A stretch of 46,979 nucleotides of DNA from Candidatus Aenigmatarchaeota archaeon (GTDB lineage: Archaea > Aenigmatarchaeota > Aenigmatarchaeia > QMZP01 > QMZT01), in assembly GCA_043808015.1 (NCBI GenBank), contig JAZDFI010000028.1, positions 1 through 46,979 on the forward strand, read 5' to 3'. Below the pieces are notes generated by a model. The model was given only the letters and a program-made list of their open reading frames with translations. It made no database searches and had not been told where the DNA came from. Below are positions 8,578-17,216 of the stretch, piece after piece; position 1 is the stretch's first letter, and every line of letters starts with the position of its first letter. The translations under genes were made by a program, and so were the position numbers.

Positions 8578-8845
8578 GCCGGGATGGCGGAGTGGTAAAC
8601 CGGTAAGGGAGACTTTTCCGGCCTACACACGCGCCGGACTTGAAAACTGGATCTTAAGAGCAGGCAGTCGGCATGCGTGAGCATGCCATTCGCTTGCGAT
8701 GACTTCATGGCTTGACTCTGATCGGCGGAATATGAGGAGCAACCCCAGCAATCCTTTCAGGAGATCCGGTGGGCGAAAAGTAAACGACGCGGAAAGCGCG
8801 TCTTTCGCTCGCAGGCCCACACAGGTTCGAATCCTGTTCCCGGCG
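8578..8845 (+). tRNA. tRNA-Ser(UGA) with a D-loop intron (~8598-8628), a canonical 37/38 intron (8645-8763) and a ~40-nt variable-arm insertion (within 8775-8814)
   Basis: Acceptor stem GCCGGGA/TCCCGGC with discriminator G. Anticodon stem CCGGA/TCCGG with TGA at 8641-8643. T-arm ACAGG-TTCGAAT-CCTGT. BHB helix CTTG/CAGG at the 37/38 junction. Confidence 0.88.
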
Positions 8846-8924
8846 CTAATTTTCTTTGAATATCGATGGGAAATGGATACAAAAAACCCTGATAAAATCT
8901 TTTCGGGCAGCGATGCCGGAGGGC

Positions 8925-9206
8925 CTATTTAAAAAGGACTTCTTTCCTGTAGCTTCTGAACTCTTCTGCGGCTTTCTTGTCTTCCTTCTCCAGTTCGTTC
9001 AGGACGCACGTGCGGATTTCGGATGTTCTTATTTCCGCACATTTGCTGAATTCCTTTTCAACTCTTCTCGTAATCTTGGAAGCGATATGCTTCGCCTTGA
9101 ATCCCTTCAGCTTCGCCCTTCTGGAAGCTTCCTCTATGCCCTTCGCTATTTTTTTGCTGCTGAACTTTTCCTTCTTCATGTTCTTTTTTATTACGTTCGT
9201 TGCCAT
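8925..9206 (-). CDS. Stand-alone ATP-cone domain protein
   Basis: VIKKNMKKEKFSSKKIAKGI...IRTSEIRTCVLNEL...AAEEFRSY matches the ATP-cone pattern. Confidence 0.75.
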   Translation of the reverse strand: MATNVIKKNMKKEKFSSKKIAKGIEEASRRAKLKGFKAKHIASKITRRVEKEFSKCAEIRTSEIRTCVLNELEKEDKKAAEEFRSYRKEVLFK

Positions 9207-9286
9207 GATCTATCGATAAGAAATTGTAGCAGAAACATAAAAAGGGAAATACATGAAAAACGGGCTTGTGCTTGAAAATGCGGACG

Positions 9287-10072
9287 TTATGCTTTTTTGG
9301 TGTATGTTGCTTTGTTCAGCGTCAGGAAGAAATACATGCCGTATCCTATGGTGAAGAACGCGAGGCAGTATAATATGTCGACCCAGCAGCCCGTGTAATA
9401 GATGCCCGCGCTGGCCGTGTATGAGAATGAGAAGTCGGCTATGGCTTCAAGTATGAAGCCCGCGCTCAGCACGCTGACTGATTTGAAAAGAACGCTTCTG
9501 TAAGTCATGGTAAGTATGAGCAGGCCCATCGAGAGGAAGACGGCGTCGCCGACGACGTAATAGACGTTGAAAAACTTGGTCATGAGAGGCGCTTCCTCGA
9601 CCGCTTTTTCATATATGAAAACAGGGAAAGCGATCGCGAAAACGATTACCGGCAGTATGAACAGCTTTGCTACCGTCATGGCGTCGAACTTGATTTTTAT
9701 GCTCCTGAGCAGCAGGAAGAGCCCGTAGTTGGCCAGTATTATGGTGGCGGAAAAGCCGATATCAGCCAGGCATGGATACGGCGCTTCCGTCTGCAGGAAG
9801 ACGTTGTAGTAGAAGAATACTATGGTCCCGAGGCCGTACGTTATCACGCCGAGAGAGATGAAAAGCAGCGCCTTTCCGAAAGCGCTCTTGAACGTGAAGA
9901 ATTTCGAGGCCTCGATGCCTATCCAGGCGCCGATGAACGGGATGAGTGTCAGGCCGACGCCATTGAGGACGTAGCGAATCATCGCATAGCTGTCGTCAGT
10001 CGGCGTGGCAATCATGCCGAGCACGGTGACCGCAGTAACCGCAATAAGCAGCAGCAGTTTGATGTTCATCAT
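9287..10072 (-). CDS. Multi-pass membrane protein (resembles membrane sensor modules)
   Basis: About 8 hydrophobic helices; PYPCLADIG and YYTGCWVD segments. Confidence 0.7.
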   Translation of the reverse strand: MMNIKLLLLIAVTAVTVLGMIATPTDDSYAMIRYVLNGVGLTLIPFIGAWIGIEASKFFTFKSAFGKALLFISLGVITYGLGTIVFFYYNVFLQTEAPYPCLADIGFSATIILANYGLFLLLRSIKIKFDAMTVAKLFILPVIVFAIAFPVFIYEKAVEEAPLMTKFFNVYYVVGDAVFLSMGLLILTMTYRSVLFKSVSVLSAGFILEAIADFSFSYTASAGIYYTGCWVDILYCLAFFTIGYGMYFFLTLNKATYTKKA

Positions 10073-10124
10073 TTAATATTTTCCGCTGGTTGCTAATAAA
10101 CGTTATATATCGAATGTTTAAACG

Positions 10125-10715
10125 TCAGGACTTCTCGATTTTGCCGCTGGGCCTTTTCTCGCTGAATATATCGGAATGGAAGCTGAATATCTCGGCGCCC
10201 GGGCTTGCCCATGCGTCCGCGGGCAGCGACGCCTTCATGCACAGGTGCTCGAGGAACGTTTTCGCGTCCCAGGCGTATTCGACGGCGACCTGCGGGAGAA
10301 GGAGGCCGGAATGGAAGCCCTTGCGGATTATCAGGCCGTCGCGGCCTATTTTTATTTTTTTGGGATAATCGGCGGGGCTTTTGACGTTTATCTTCTGCGG
10401 CTTGGTGAGAATCGAAACCTCGACTATTATCTTCTTCAGTTCGCTCTTGTCCAGGTCCGGGAAGCGCGGGTCCTGGGCGGCGCTCACTGCGGACTCTATT
10501 ATCGCGTCGACCAGCGGCATGACCGGCGTCGGGAAGCCTATGCAGCCGCGCAGCTCGCGCTCCGGATACGTGTGGAGCGTGGTGAAGACGCCGGACTTAT
10601 CGAGGAATTCCCTGCTCACCTTGTCCGGCCTTCTGGACAGCTCGCCTTTTCTCGTCCAGTCTTCCAGCGCTTTTCGCGCCAGCTTCACGGCGAACTCTCC
10701 ATGAGATGCGTTCAT
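10125..10715 (-). CDS. AMMECR1 domain protein (TIGR00296-like)
   Basis: GVFTTL, LRGCIG, AAQDPRF, EVSILT, GRDGLII and GLLLPQVAVE motifs. Confidence 0.92.
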   Translation of the reverse strand: MNASHGEFAVKLARKALEDWTRKGELSRRPDKVSREFLDKSGVFTTLHTYPERELRGCIGFPTPVMPLVDAIIESAVSAAQDPRFPDLDKSELKKIIVEVSILTKPQKINVKSPADYPKKIKIGRDGLIIRKGFHSGLLLPQVAVEYAWDAKTFLEHLCMKASLPADAWASPGAEIFSFHSDIFSEKRPSGKIEKS

Positions 10716-10748
10716 GAGAATAATTTGATTGCTGTAGCAGAAAAAGCT

Positions 10749-11405
10749 TCAGTATCCATTTTTCTTCATAGTCTTCAGCAGGCCTTTCTTGTCAACCCAC
10801 AGTTCGCCTGATTCCTTGTCCACGTGGGTGACCTTCCTGAGGCTTATGTCCATGCCTTTTTTAAGCACTTTTTCATGGGGTATCCTGTCCAGCTGCGTCG
10901 CTATGTATGGCACGAATTTTTTTGAAGTCATCCACCCCTTTTTGTCGAACATTGCCAGGTTAAGCGGCTTTTTAGAGAAGCTGCGCATGGTCTTCTTGCC
11001 CCAGTAGTTGAAGTAGAGTTCGAAATAGGACATGGCCAGCTCGCGTATCGTCTTGTAAACAGGCTCGCGGTAGGCGAAGAACGCGTATTCCGACTTGCCT
11101 ATCGCTCCCCAGCGGCCTTTGTGCTTGAAGACGGCGAGGACGTGGTCGCTGTCGTCATTCGAAGACGTGATGTCGAGCAGCAGAGGCGGATATCCATGGA
11201 AGCGGAGCACGGCGGCAGCGAAAATCGCTCCCTCTATGCAGTCCGCCTTTTTGTACTTGAGGACCGTTGCCGGCGAATAATACGTATCGCCGTTCTCCTC
11301 GAGGTTGTATTCGAGCTTGTCTATGAAGTCCTGTATTTTGACAGGAGTGTCCAATCGCGAGAGTATCCTGCATTCCCTTCCAGAAAAGCCGAAACTGCGT
11401 CTCAT
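10749..11405 (-). CDS. Transglutaminase-like (Cys-His) hypothetical protein
   Basis: YSPATVL...ADCIEGAIFAAAVL...DHVLAVF...WGAIGKS...YREPVY pattern. Confidence 0.65.
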   Translation of the reverse strand: MRRSFGFSGRECRILSRLDTPVKIQDFIDKLEYNLEENGDTYYSPATVLKYKKADCIEGAIFAAAVLRFHGYPPLLLDITSSNDDSDHVLAVFKHKGRWGAIGKSEYAFFAYREPVYKTIRELAMSYFELYFNYWGKKTMRSFSKKPLNLAMFDKKGWMTSKKFVPYIATQLDRIPHEKVLKKGMDISLRKVTHVDKESGELWVDKKGLLKTMKKNGY

Positions 11406-11430
11406 AACATCACACGGAAACGCTTAAACG

Positions 11431-12390
11431 TCACGTCGTCTTGAGAAGCCTGTTGACTTCCCTGACGAAATCCTCGAACTTGTCGAGCGGTATGCGCGCG
11501 CCTGCGGCATGGGAATGGCCGCCGCCTGATCCGCCGACCGCCTCGCCTGCGTTTTCCGCCAGCTCGCTGAGCTTGACCGAATAGTCGCGGGAGCGCATGG
11601 TTATGTCCAGCTTGTCCTTCCTGAGAAACGCAGCCAGTCCGACACGACTGTCCGTGACAGTCGCTGCAAAGAGCGCTGAAGGCCCGCGGAAGCCGAACGA
11701 ATAGACGTCTTTCACGTAGCCGACATCGCCCGATTTCTCCGCGTTTTCCTTGACGAGCTCGTAAAGCCTGAACTCGTCCGTGACCGCGCGCCTCGCCGCC
11801 TCCATCAGGCCGGGAATGTCCGAGGGGTTTTTGCCGGAAGCGAGCGTCTGGACCATGCGCCTTTTCGAATCGTAGTCGTCGAAGTCCTTGTCCTTCATGC
11901 CCAGGAATATCATGCTGGCCTCGAAGTGAAGCGCCCTCGCGTCCCAGTTGTTCAAGCGGTCGCGCACGAACTCGGTCTTCTCCTCGTAGTCGCCTATCGC
12001 GCCGTATATCGCCACCCACACGCGCTCGGGCGGGATGTCGTCCTGGTAATACTTGTATATGAGCTCGGACGCGCTGGCGTCGCCGAAGATATACGTCTTG
12101 AGTATTTCTGACATCCGCTTTCTGGCGCTGTCCGGCAGCGGGTGGTGGTCGAAATAAAGGATTTCGCCGTCCCTGCTCTTATCCTCCAGTATCCTGATAA
12201 TCTCAGGGATGTCCTTGTGCGTGATGGCTATGTCCGTTATTATTATACGTCCCGCGTCGCACGCCTTCAGGTCTTCGACGAAGGAAACGGGCTTGGTGAA
12301 GAAGACCTGGGCGTCCGGGAATCGCGACAGCGCTACCGCCCCGGCGCAGATGCCGTCAGAATCGGAATGGGTCAGGATTATCGTTTTCAT
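11431..12390 (-). CDS. DHH/DHHA1 family phosphoesterase (RecJ/NrnA-like)
   Basis: HSDSDG, ITDIA, FDHH, GAIGD and C-terminal GGSGGGHSHAAGA. Confidence 0.88.
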   Translation of the reverse strand: MKTIILTHSDSDGICAGAVALSRFPDAQVFFTKPVSFVEDLKACDAGRIIITDIAITHKDIPEIIRILEDKSRDGEILYFDHHPLPDSARKRMSEILKTYIFGDASASELIYKYYQDDIPPERVWVAIYGAIGDYEEKTEFVRDRLNNWDARALHFEASMIFLGMKDKDFDDYDSKRRMVQTLASGKNPSDIPGLMEAARRAVTDEFRLYELVKENAEKSGDVGYVKDVYSFGFRGPSALFAATVTDSRVGLAAFLRKDKLDITMRSRDYSVKLSELAENAGEAVGGSGGGHSHAAGARIPLDKFEDFVREVNRLLKTT

Positions 12391-12468
12391 ATTAGAGAAT
12401 TGCAGGAGCTCACATAAATAAATCTTTTGAAAAAAGGCTTTAGCAAAATGTTTTGATTTTTATGGCGA

Positions 12469-14226
12469 TTAAGTGCTCATCTTCAGCTTTATCCTGCTCT
12501 CCAGGTTCTTCACGCTGTCGCGGAGCTCGCGCTCCAGCTTTGGCGGATAGCGGAAGGTGAATGTTATCGCGTGTTTCATGCCGTTCACCGGTTCGACGGC
12601 GAGCGCCTGCCAGAACACGTATCGAACCGGTACGATATCGCTCTGCTTTATGTCGATGTTCCTTATGGCGAGCAGGAACGAGCAGCAGGCGAGCCTTAGG
12701 CAGAACGAGATAAGGAAGACTATCTGCAGGCCGGCCAGCCACATGAAGCTTGACGTCTCGAGGTTGAAAACGAGGAAGGCGCCGAACAGGTCGCCCAGGA
12801 CCATGCCGAATCCCGTGACGAAGTTGTGCGCTGCGACGTATTTCGGCCTGTTCTTGGCAGGCGTGACCTCGAGGAGATAGTTGAAAATCACGAGCTCGAA
12901 ACCCGAGTATATGACGCCGTCGTAGATTTTTATGAATATTATGTGGATTATGTTCGAGACGAACATCCAGAAGAACGGTATGAAACAGCTCATGACGCCG
13001 CAGATTATGAGTATCTTCCTGCTGCCGAACTTGTCGTTCATCCTGCCCCAGTACTGCTGCGTCGTTGCCCTGAACACCGCGCTTATGACGACCGCTATGG
13101 CGAACCACTCGTATCCGATGCTGAGGTTCTTCAGCATGTACACGACGTAGAACGGCGCGGCGATGTCGACGGCGAAGTTCATGAACGTGAGATACGAGGT
13201 GAATATTACGAACTCCTTGTTTATCTTGAGGCTCGTCCACCAGTCCCTGGGGCTGAAGTTGAAGTTGTATTTGTAATGGAATATCCTCTCCACCGGCGGC
13301 TCATACATCCTGACGAAAAAGAATATCGCCACCGCGGCCAGCACTATTGACATCAGGATTATGCCGGGGAAACCACAGTATTCCAGCAGGAATCCCGCTG
13401 CCAGCGTGGCTAAAAGACCAGAAACGGCGATGAACATGTTCCTTCTGCCGAAATATCGCCCACGCACGTTCGGCGGGACGAGATCGCCCATGAGGCTCGA
13501 CCAGGCCGGTGAGCGCACGTAAATGAAGAAGTTCGAGGCCGCCAGCAGTATGATTAAAAGCCACACCCTGTTGTCCACCGGCAGCAGAGGCAGCAGCATT
13601 ATGGGGATCCAAATGAGGATTTTGCCCAGCACCTGCGCGATGAGCCATATGTGCTTCCTGCTCCAGAACTTCGTGAGCATCGCGCCGGGCAGGTGGGAGA
13701 CCGTCCCCGTAAGATTCTGCAGGGAATTGAGTATGCCTATTTCGGCGCTGGAAGCGCCAAGCGCCAGCGCCAGCGGAGCCGTGTAGGACGTCTGTATGCT
13801 TCCCGAAGCCGAGTTGAAGATGCCCTCGGCTATCGAATTTTTAAGGCTCCTGTCGACCTTCTCCGGCTCGCCGTCGGTTATCTCGACCTTGACGTGCTTC
13901 CCCGGCGGCTCGGGTTTCTCGCGCCTTTTCGCTTCAGGCGCGTTTATTATGTCGCCGTGCGGCGACTTTTTATCCTCTTTGTCTGTGAACTCGCCGTTCT
14001 CTATTACCCTGAAACCAGAACTTCTGCGCGGTTCTTTTTGTTTACCCTTTTCCTGAACGTTCTTATCAGAGAAAACAAGCTTCGGCTTCTCGGGCCTGAC
14101 GAATGGCTTCGGGGCGGGCCTTTCCTTCTTCTTTACATGCTCCGGCTCCCTGATAATTTCGCCGTCGACTATTTCCTTGAAGCTGGAACTGTGCACGTCA
14201 GCTTTCTTTTCTTTCTTTTCGGCCAT
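12469..14226 (-). CDS. MFS transporter with a long charged N-terminal extension
   Basis: About 12 TM helices from residue ~130, with WSSLMGDLVP...RGRYFGRR and WGRMNDKFGSRK MFS loop motifs. Confidence 0.85.
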   Translation of the reverse strand: MAEKKEKKADVHSSSFKEIVDGEIIREPEHVKKKERPAPKPFVRPEKPKLVFSDKNVQEKGKQKEPRRSSGFRVIENGEFTDKEDKKSPHGDIINAPEAKRREKPEPPGKHVKVEITDGEPEKVDRSLKNSIAEGIFNSASGSIQTSYTAPLALALGASSAEIGILNSLQNLTGTVSHLPGAMLTKFWSRKHIWLIAQVLGKILIWIPIMLLPLLPVDNRVWLLIILLAASNFFIYVRSPAWSSLMGDLVPPNVRGRYFGRRNMFIAVSGLLATLAAGFLLEYCGFPGIILMSIVLAAVAIFFFVRMYEPPVERIFHYKYNFNFSPRDWWTSLKINKEFVIFTSYLTFMNFAVDIAAPFYVVYMLKNLSIGYEWFAIAVVISAVFRATTQQYWGRMNDKFGSRKILIICGVMSCFIPFFWMFVSNIIHIIFIKIYDGVIYSGFELVIFNYLLEVTPAKNRPKYVAAHNFVTGFGMVLGDLFGAFLVFNLETSSFMWLAGLQIVFLISFCLRLACCSFLLAIRNIDIKQSDIVPVRYVFWQALAVEPVNGMKHAITFTFRYPPKLERELRDSVKNLESRIKLKMST

Positions 14227-14274
14227 GGCTACCAGTAATAGAATAGTTGGAGGCAGCCGAATAAATAAGTAAAA

Positions 14275-15276
14275 TTACCAGCTGAAACCGGAAACGTCGA
14301 AAGCGAATGCCGCCTCTGCAACGAACTGTTTGCGGTCTTTCTTCGGCGGCGTTGGATTGAACCTGTTCCATATTCTCGCGTCGTTGAAGGCCAGGTGCAA
14401 ATTATCCACGCATTCTGCGCTTTTTCCCAGCACGGGCAGCGCGTCGAAGCTGCTGACGTTTCTTATGCGGCTGCTGAAAAACGAGTCCTCGTTCTGGCCT
14501 CTGGGCGGCTGTATTGTGGTTTCCGCGACCCTGTGCGTCATGAGATTGCTCGTGTCGACGAATGACGCCTGCACGTGACCGCCGTAATTCTTCAGGTCAC
14601 CGGCAACCACATGCACCAACGGAAGCAGAATGCTGTTGTATTCTTCCGGGCTCAGCGAGTTCTTGGCGGGCATGGTGGCCAGCCTGGTGAAGAAGAGCGC
14701 CTTGTCCTCGCAGTCGCCTCCTTTCGTGCCGGCGACTTGCAGGTATTGCTTCGGGAACATGTAAACGTTCTCGGTTGTGAAGTTCTGGGCATCCGGCTTG
14801 TAAAGCCTGAACTGCCTGCTGCCAAGGAAGTGCCTGTAGAATTCGGCGACATGCTCGTTGAAATCGCCGCTGAGTACCTGCTGCAGTTTGATGTCGCCGG
14901 GCAGGCCTTTTTCCTTGATGTATTTGTTCAGCTCTTCCATGCTCAGCGGATCGTCCAGGAACTCGTTGACGGGAATCAGGTCGAGTTTTATTGACCTGTC
15001 GCCGAACATCTCGTGCTTGCTGTAGCCATACCTCTTATGGGACACGTTGAGGGCTTCCATGTTCGCGGGTTTATTAGCGACTGTCTCCGTGAACTCGCCG
15101 GCCTTTATGAAAACGGCTTTGTTAACCTCGAAATCAACCCTGTCGATGTTAGCGGTGATGTAGTTGTCTGCCTGTAGCGCATCGAAATCGCAGTGCGCCA
15201 TGAGCTGCGTCTTGTAATCGGCAAGCAGTTTCTTGTAAAGGCTTTTCCTGAAATTGTAGCTGCTGAACAGTCCCAT
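14275..15276 (-). CDS. Hypothetical protein with a transglutaminase-like GDCED motif
   Basis: GGDCEDKALFF followed by YGGHV and AETT. Confidence 0.55.
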   Translation of the reverse strand: MGLFSSYNFRKSLYKKLLADYKTQLMAHCDFDALQADNYITANIDRVDFEVNKAVFIKAGEFTETVANKPANMEALNVSHKRYGYSKHEMFGDRSIKLDLIPVNEFLDDPLSMEELNKYIKEKGLPGDIKLQQVLSGDFNEHVAEFYRHFLGSRQFRLYKPDAQNFTTENVYMFPKQYLQVAGTKGGDCEDKALFFTRLATMPAKNSLSPEEYNSILLPLVHVVAGDLKNYGGHVQASFVDTSNLMTHRVAETTIQPPRGQNEDSFFSSRIRNVSSFDALPVLGKSAECVDNLHLAFNDARIWNRFNPTPPKKDRKQFVAEAAFAFDVSGFSW

Positions 15277-15355
15277 GATTGACTGTTCGGGAAAAGTTTT
15301 AAATCCGGTGCGTGTGCTGAAAAAATGGGGTTAAAAATAAAATGGAATGCGAAAA

Positions 15356-16033
15356 TCAGCCAGCAAGAGCCGCGTCGATTTGAGCCTGGAAGCTCGCGTA
15401 TGGCTGCGCGCCCACGAACTTCTTGCCGTTGATGAAGAACGTCGGCGTTCCCGTCACTCCGTACGAGCTGCCTTCGGCCGTGTCCTTGTCGACGTCGGCT
15501 TTGTACTTGCCCGAGTCGAGGCACGCGTTGAACTTCGCCGTGTCGAGGCCCAGTGCGCTGGCGTACGCCTTAAGGTCGTCGCTGGTCAGCGCGCCCTGGT
15601 TGTTGAACAGCTTCTCGCTGTAGGCCCAGTACTTGTCGTTCCCCTGCTCATACGCGCACTCGCTCGCCTCTGATGCGATCTGCGCCGTGTCGTGGACTAT
15701 GTAGTCGCGGAAGACGAATCTCACCTTGCCCGTGTCGATGTAGTTGGTTTTTATCAGCGGTAACGTGTCGCGTGCGAAGCGGCCGCAGAACGGGCACACG
15801 AATTCCGAGAATTCGACTATCGTGACTTTCGCGTCCGCGTTCCCGAGCATCGGGTCGTTGTCGAGCGAGATGCCGCCGACCGTTTGGTTGCCACCGCCAT
15901 TCGGGTTTGCGGGCCTGTTCATGTTGTAGATGAAAATTGCCGAAAGCGAAATGGCTATGACCGCTATTATCAGGGCAGCCGATATTATGTAGACGGGCTT
16001 GCCGTCCTTTTTCTTCTTGAATAAGCCGAACAT
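15356..16033 (-). CDS. DsbA family (Thioredoxin_4-like) membrane-anchored oxidoreductase
   Basis: N-terminal TM helix, GNADAKVTIVEFSEFVCPFC, and GVTGTPTFFING...GAQPY. Confidence 0.9.
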   Translation of the reverse strand: MFGLFKKKKDGKPVYIISAALIIAVIAISLSAIFIYNMNRPANPNGGGNQTVGGISLDNDPMLGNADAKVTIVEFSEFVCPFCGRFARDTLPLIKTNYIDTGKVRFVFRDYIVHDTAQIASEASECAYEQGNDKYWAYSEKLFNNQGALTSDDLKAYASALGLDTAKFNACLDSGKYKADVDKDTAEGSSYGVTGTPTFFINGKKFVGAQPYASFQAQIDAALAG

Positions 16034-16067
16034 GCCAAACCATCTCCTTTCAGTATTTTATAATGAA

Positions 16068-16259
16068 TTATAGTTTCTTCATCTTTATGCACTGCACCGG
16101 GCAGGCGTCCATTGCTTCCTTGTTGCAGCCAAGCTCCTTGACTTCGGTCTTCCTGGGCTTCGCTTTATCGCCGTCCATAACCCAGTTGTCGGGGCAGACT
16201 GCCGCGCAGGCGCCGCATCCTATGCACGCATCGTGGTCCTGTATTATTTTGAAAGACAT
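16068..16259 (-). CDS. Single-cluster ferredoxin
   Basis: CIGCGACAAVCP...CPVQCI. ATG at 16259 is preceded by a GGAGGTG RBS; last gene of the por operon. Confidence 0.88.
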   Translation of the reverse strand: MSFKIIQDHDACIGCGACAAVCPDNWVMDGDKAKPRKTEVKELGCNKEAMDACPVQCIKMKKL

Positions 16260-16304
16260 ATCACAACACCTCCATTTTGAAAGCATGATCAACTTGACGG
16301 TGGA

Positions 16305-17216
16305 TCATTCGGAGCACATCTTGCTCGTGCGTTCCCAGTCGCTGTCCACGTGCTCCTGAATCTTTTTTATAATATGACTGTTGTCCGGCTTAAATAAATG
16401 GGAGAAACGCTTCTGCGGCTTGAGGTATTCCTCGACGGGTTTCTTCTCAAGGACTTCCTTGGTTATTTTCATGACGCCTTTCTCGCTCTCGAAAAGTATC
16501 CACATTCCAGTATCGACCGCGAGCCGTGCGAGTTCGACTGTCCTCCACGAATCAAAGCCCCATCCCACAGGACAGGGGTTCAGGATGTGCAGGAACGATG
16601 GTTGATTCTCTTTCTTAAGCGCTTTCACCACCTTCGCCTTCAGGTCGTCTATGTGGCCGACGGTCGCGGTCGCTATGTATGGGATGTGGTGCGCCGCAAC
16701 GATGTCGACTATCGACTTTTTCACGGTAAGGTTGCCTGGCTTCACCGAGCCGGAAGGGCTGGTCGTGGTCGACGCGCCCAACGGGGTTGCGCTGGACCGC
16801 TGCACGCCAGTGTTCATGTAAGCTTCGTTATCGAGGCAGATGTAGCACACCTTCTCGCCTCGCTCGAGCATGCCGGACAGCGCCTGTAAACCGATGTCTA
16901 GCGTGCCGCCGTCGCCCGCGATGGCGATGACGTTCGCTGTGCGTCCCTGTTTATCGAGCGCGTGGGACACGCCGCCCGCAATCGCTGCGGTGTTCTCGAA
17001 AGCTCCGTGAATGTAATTGACTCCCCATGATGTGTTGGGATACTGGGAGCTGAATATTTCCAGGCATGACGTCGCGTTGACTATCACGGTGTTCTTGCCT
17101 GCAACGCCGAGGATTACGCGCACGGCTATCGTTTCCGGGCATCCGGAGCAGTTGCTCGCGCCCTGGAAGAACAATGCGCAGCCTTCGCAGCCTTTCTTTT
17201 CGTCAGTCATATTCAC
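16305..17216 (-). CDS. porB: Pyruvate/2-oxoacid:ferredoxin oxidoreductase beta subunit (TPP-binding)
   Basis: CSGC, NATSCLE, AFENTAA, AGDGGTLDIG, LDNEAYMNTGVQRS and PCPVGW. Confidence 0.93.
   Translation of the reverse strand: MNMTDEKKGCEGCALFFQGASNCSGCPETIAVRVILGVAGKNTVIVNATSCLEIFSSQYPNTSWGVNYIHGAFENTAAIAGGVSHALDKQGRTANVIAIAGDGGTLDIGLQALSGMLERGEKVCYICLDNEAYMNTGVQRSSATPLGASTTTSPSGSVKPGNLTVKKSIVDIVAAHHIPYIATATVGHIDDLKAKVVKALKKENQPSFLHILNPCPVGWGFDSWRTVELARLAVDTGMWILFESEKGVMKITKEVLEKKPVEEYLKPQKRFSHLFKPDNSHIIKKIQEHVDSDWERTSKMCSE

Noticed and set aside
8641-8643. tRNA-Sec or suppressor tRNA, suggested by 'TGA' and the long variable arm
   Set aside because: Anticodon UGA reads the Ser codon UCA. 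tRNA-Sec would need anticodon UCA and an extended acceptor stem; this one has a normal 7-bp stem.
8623-8932. Short ORFs at 8623-8820 and 8699-8932
   Set aside because: They overlap the intron-containing tRNA-Ser and are spurious.
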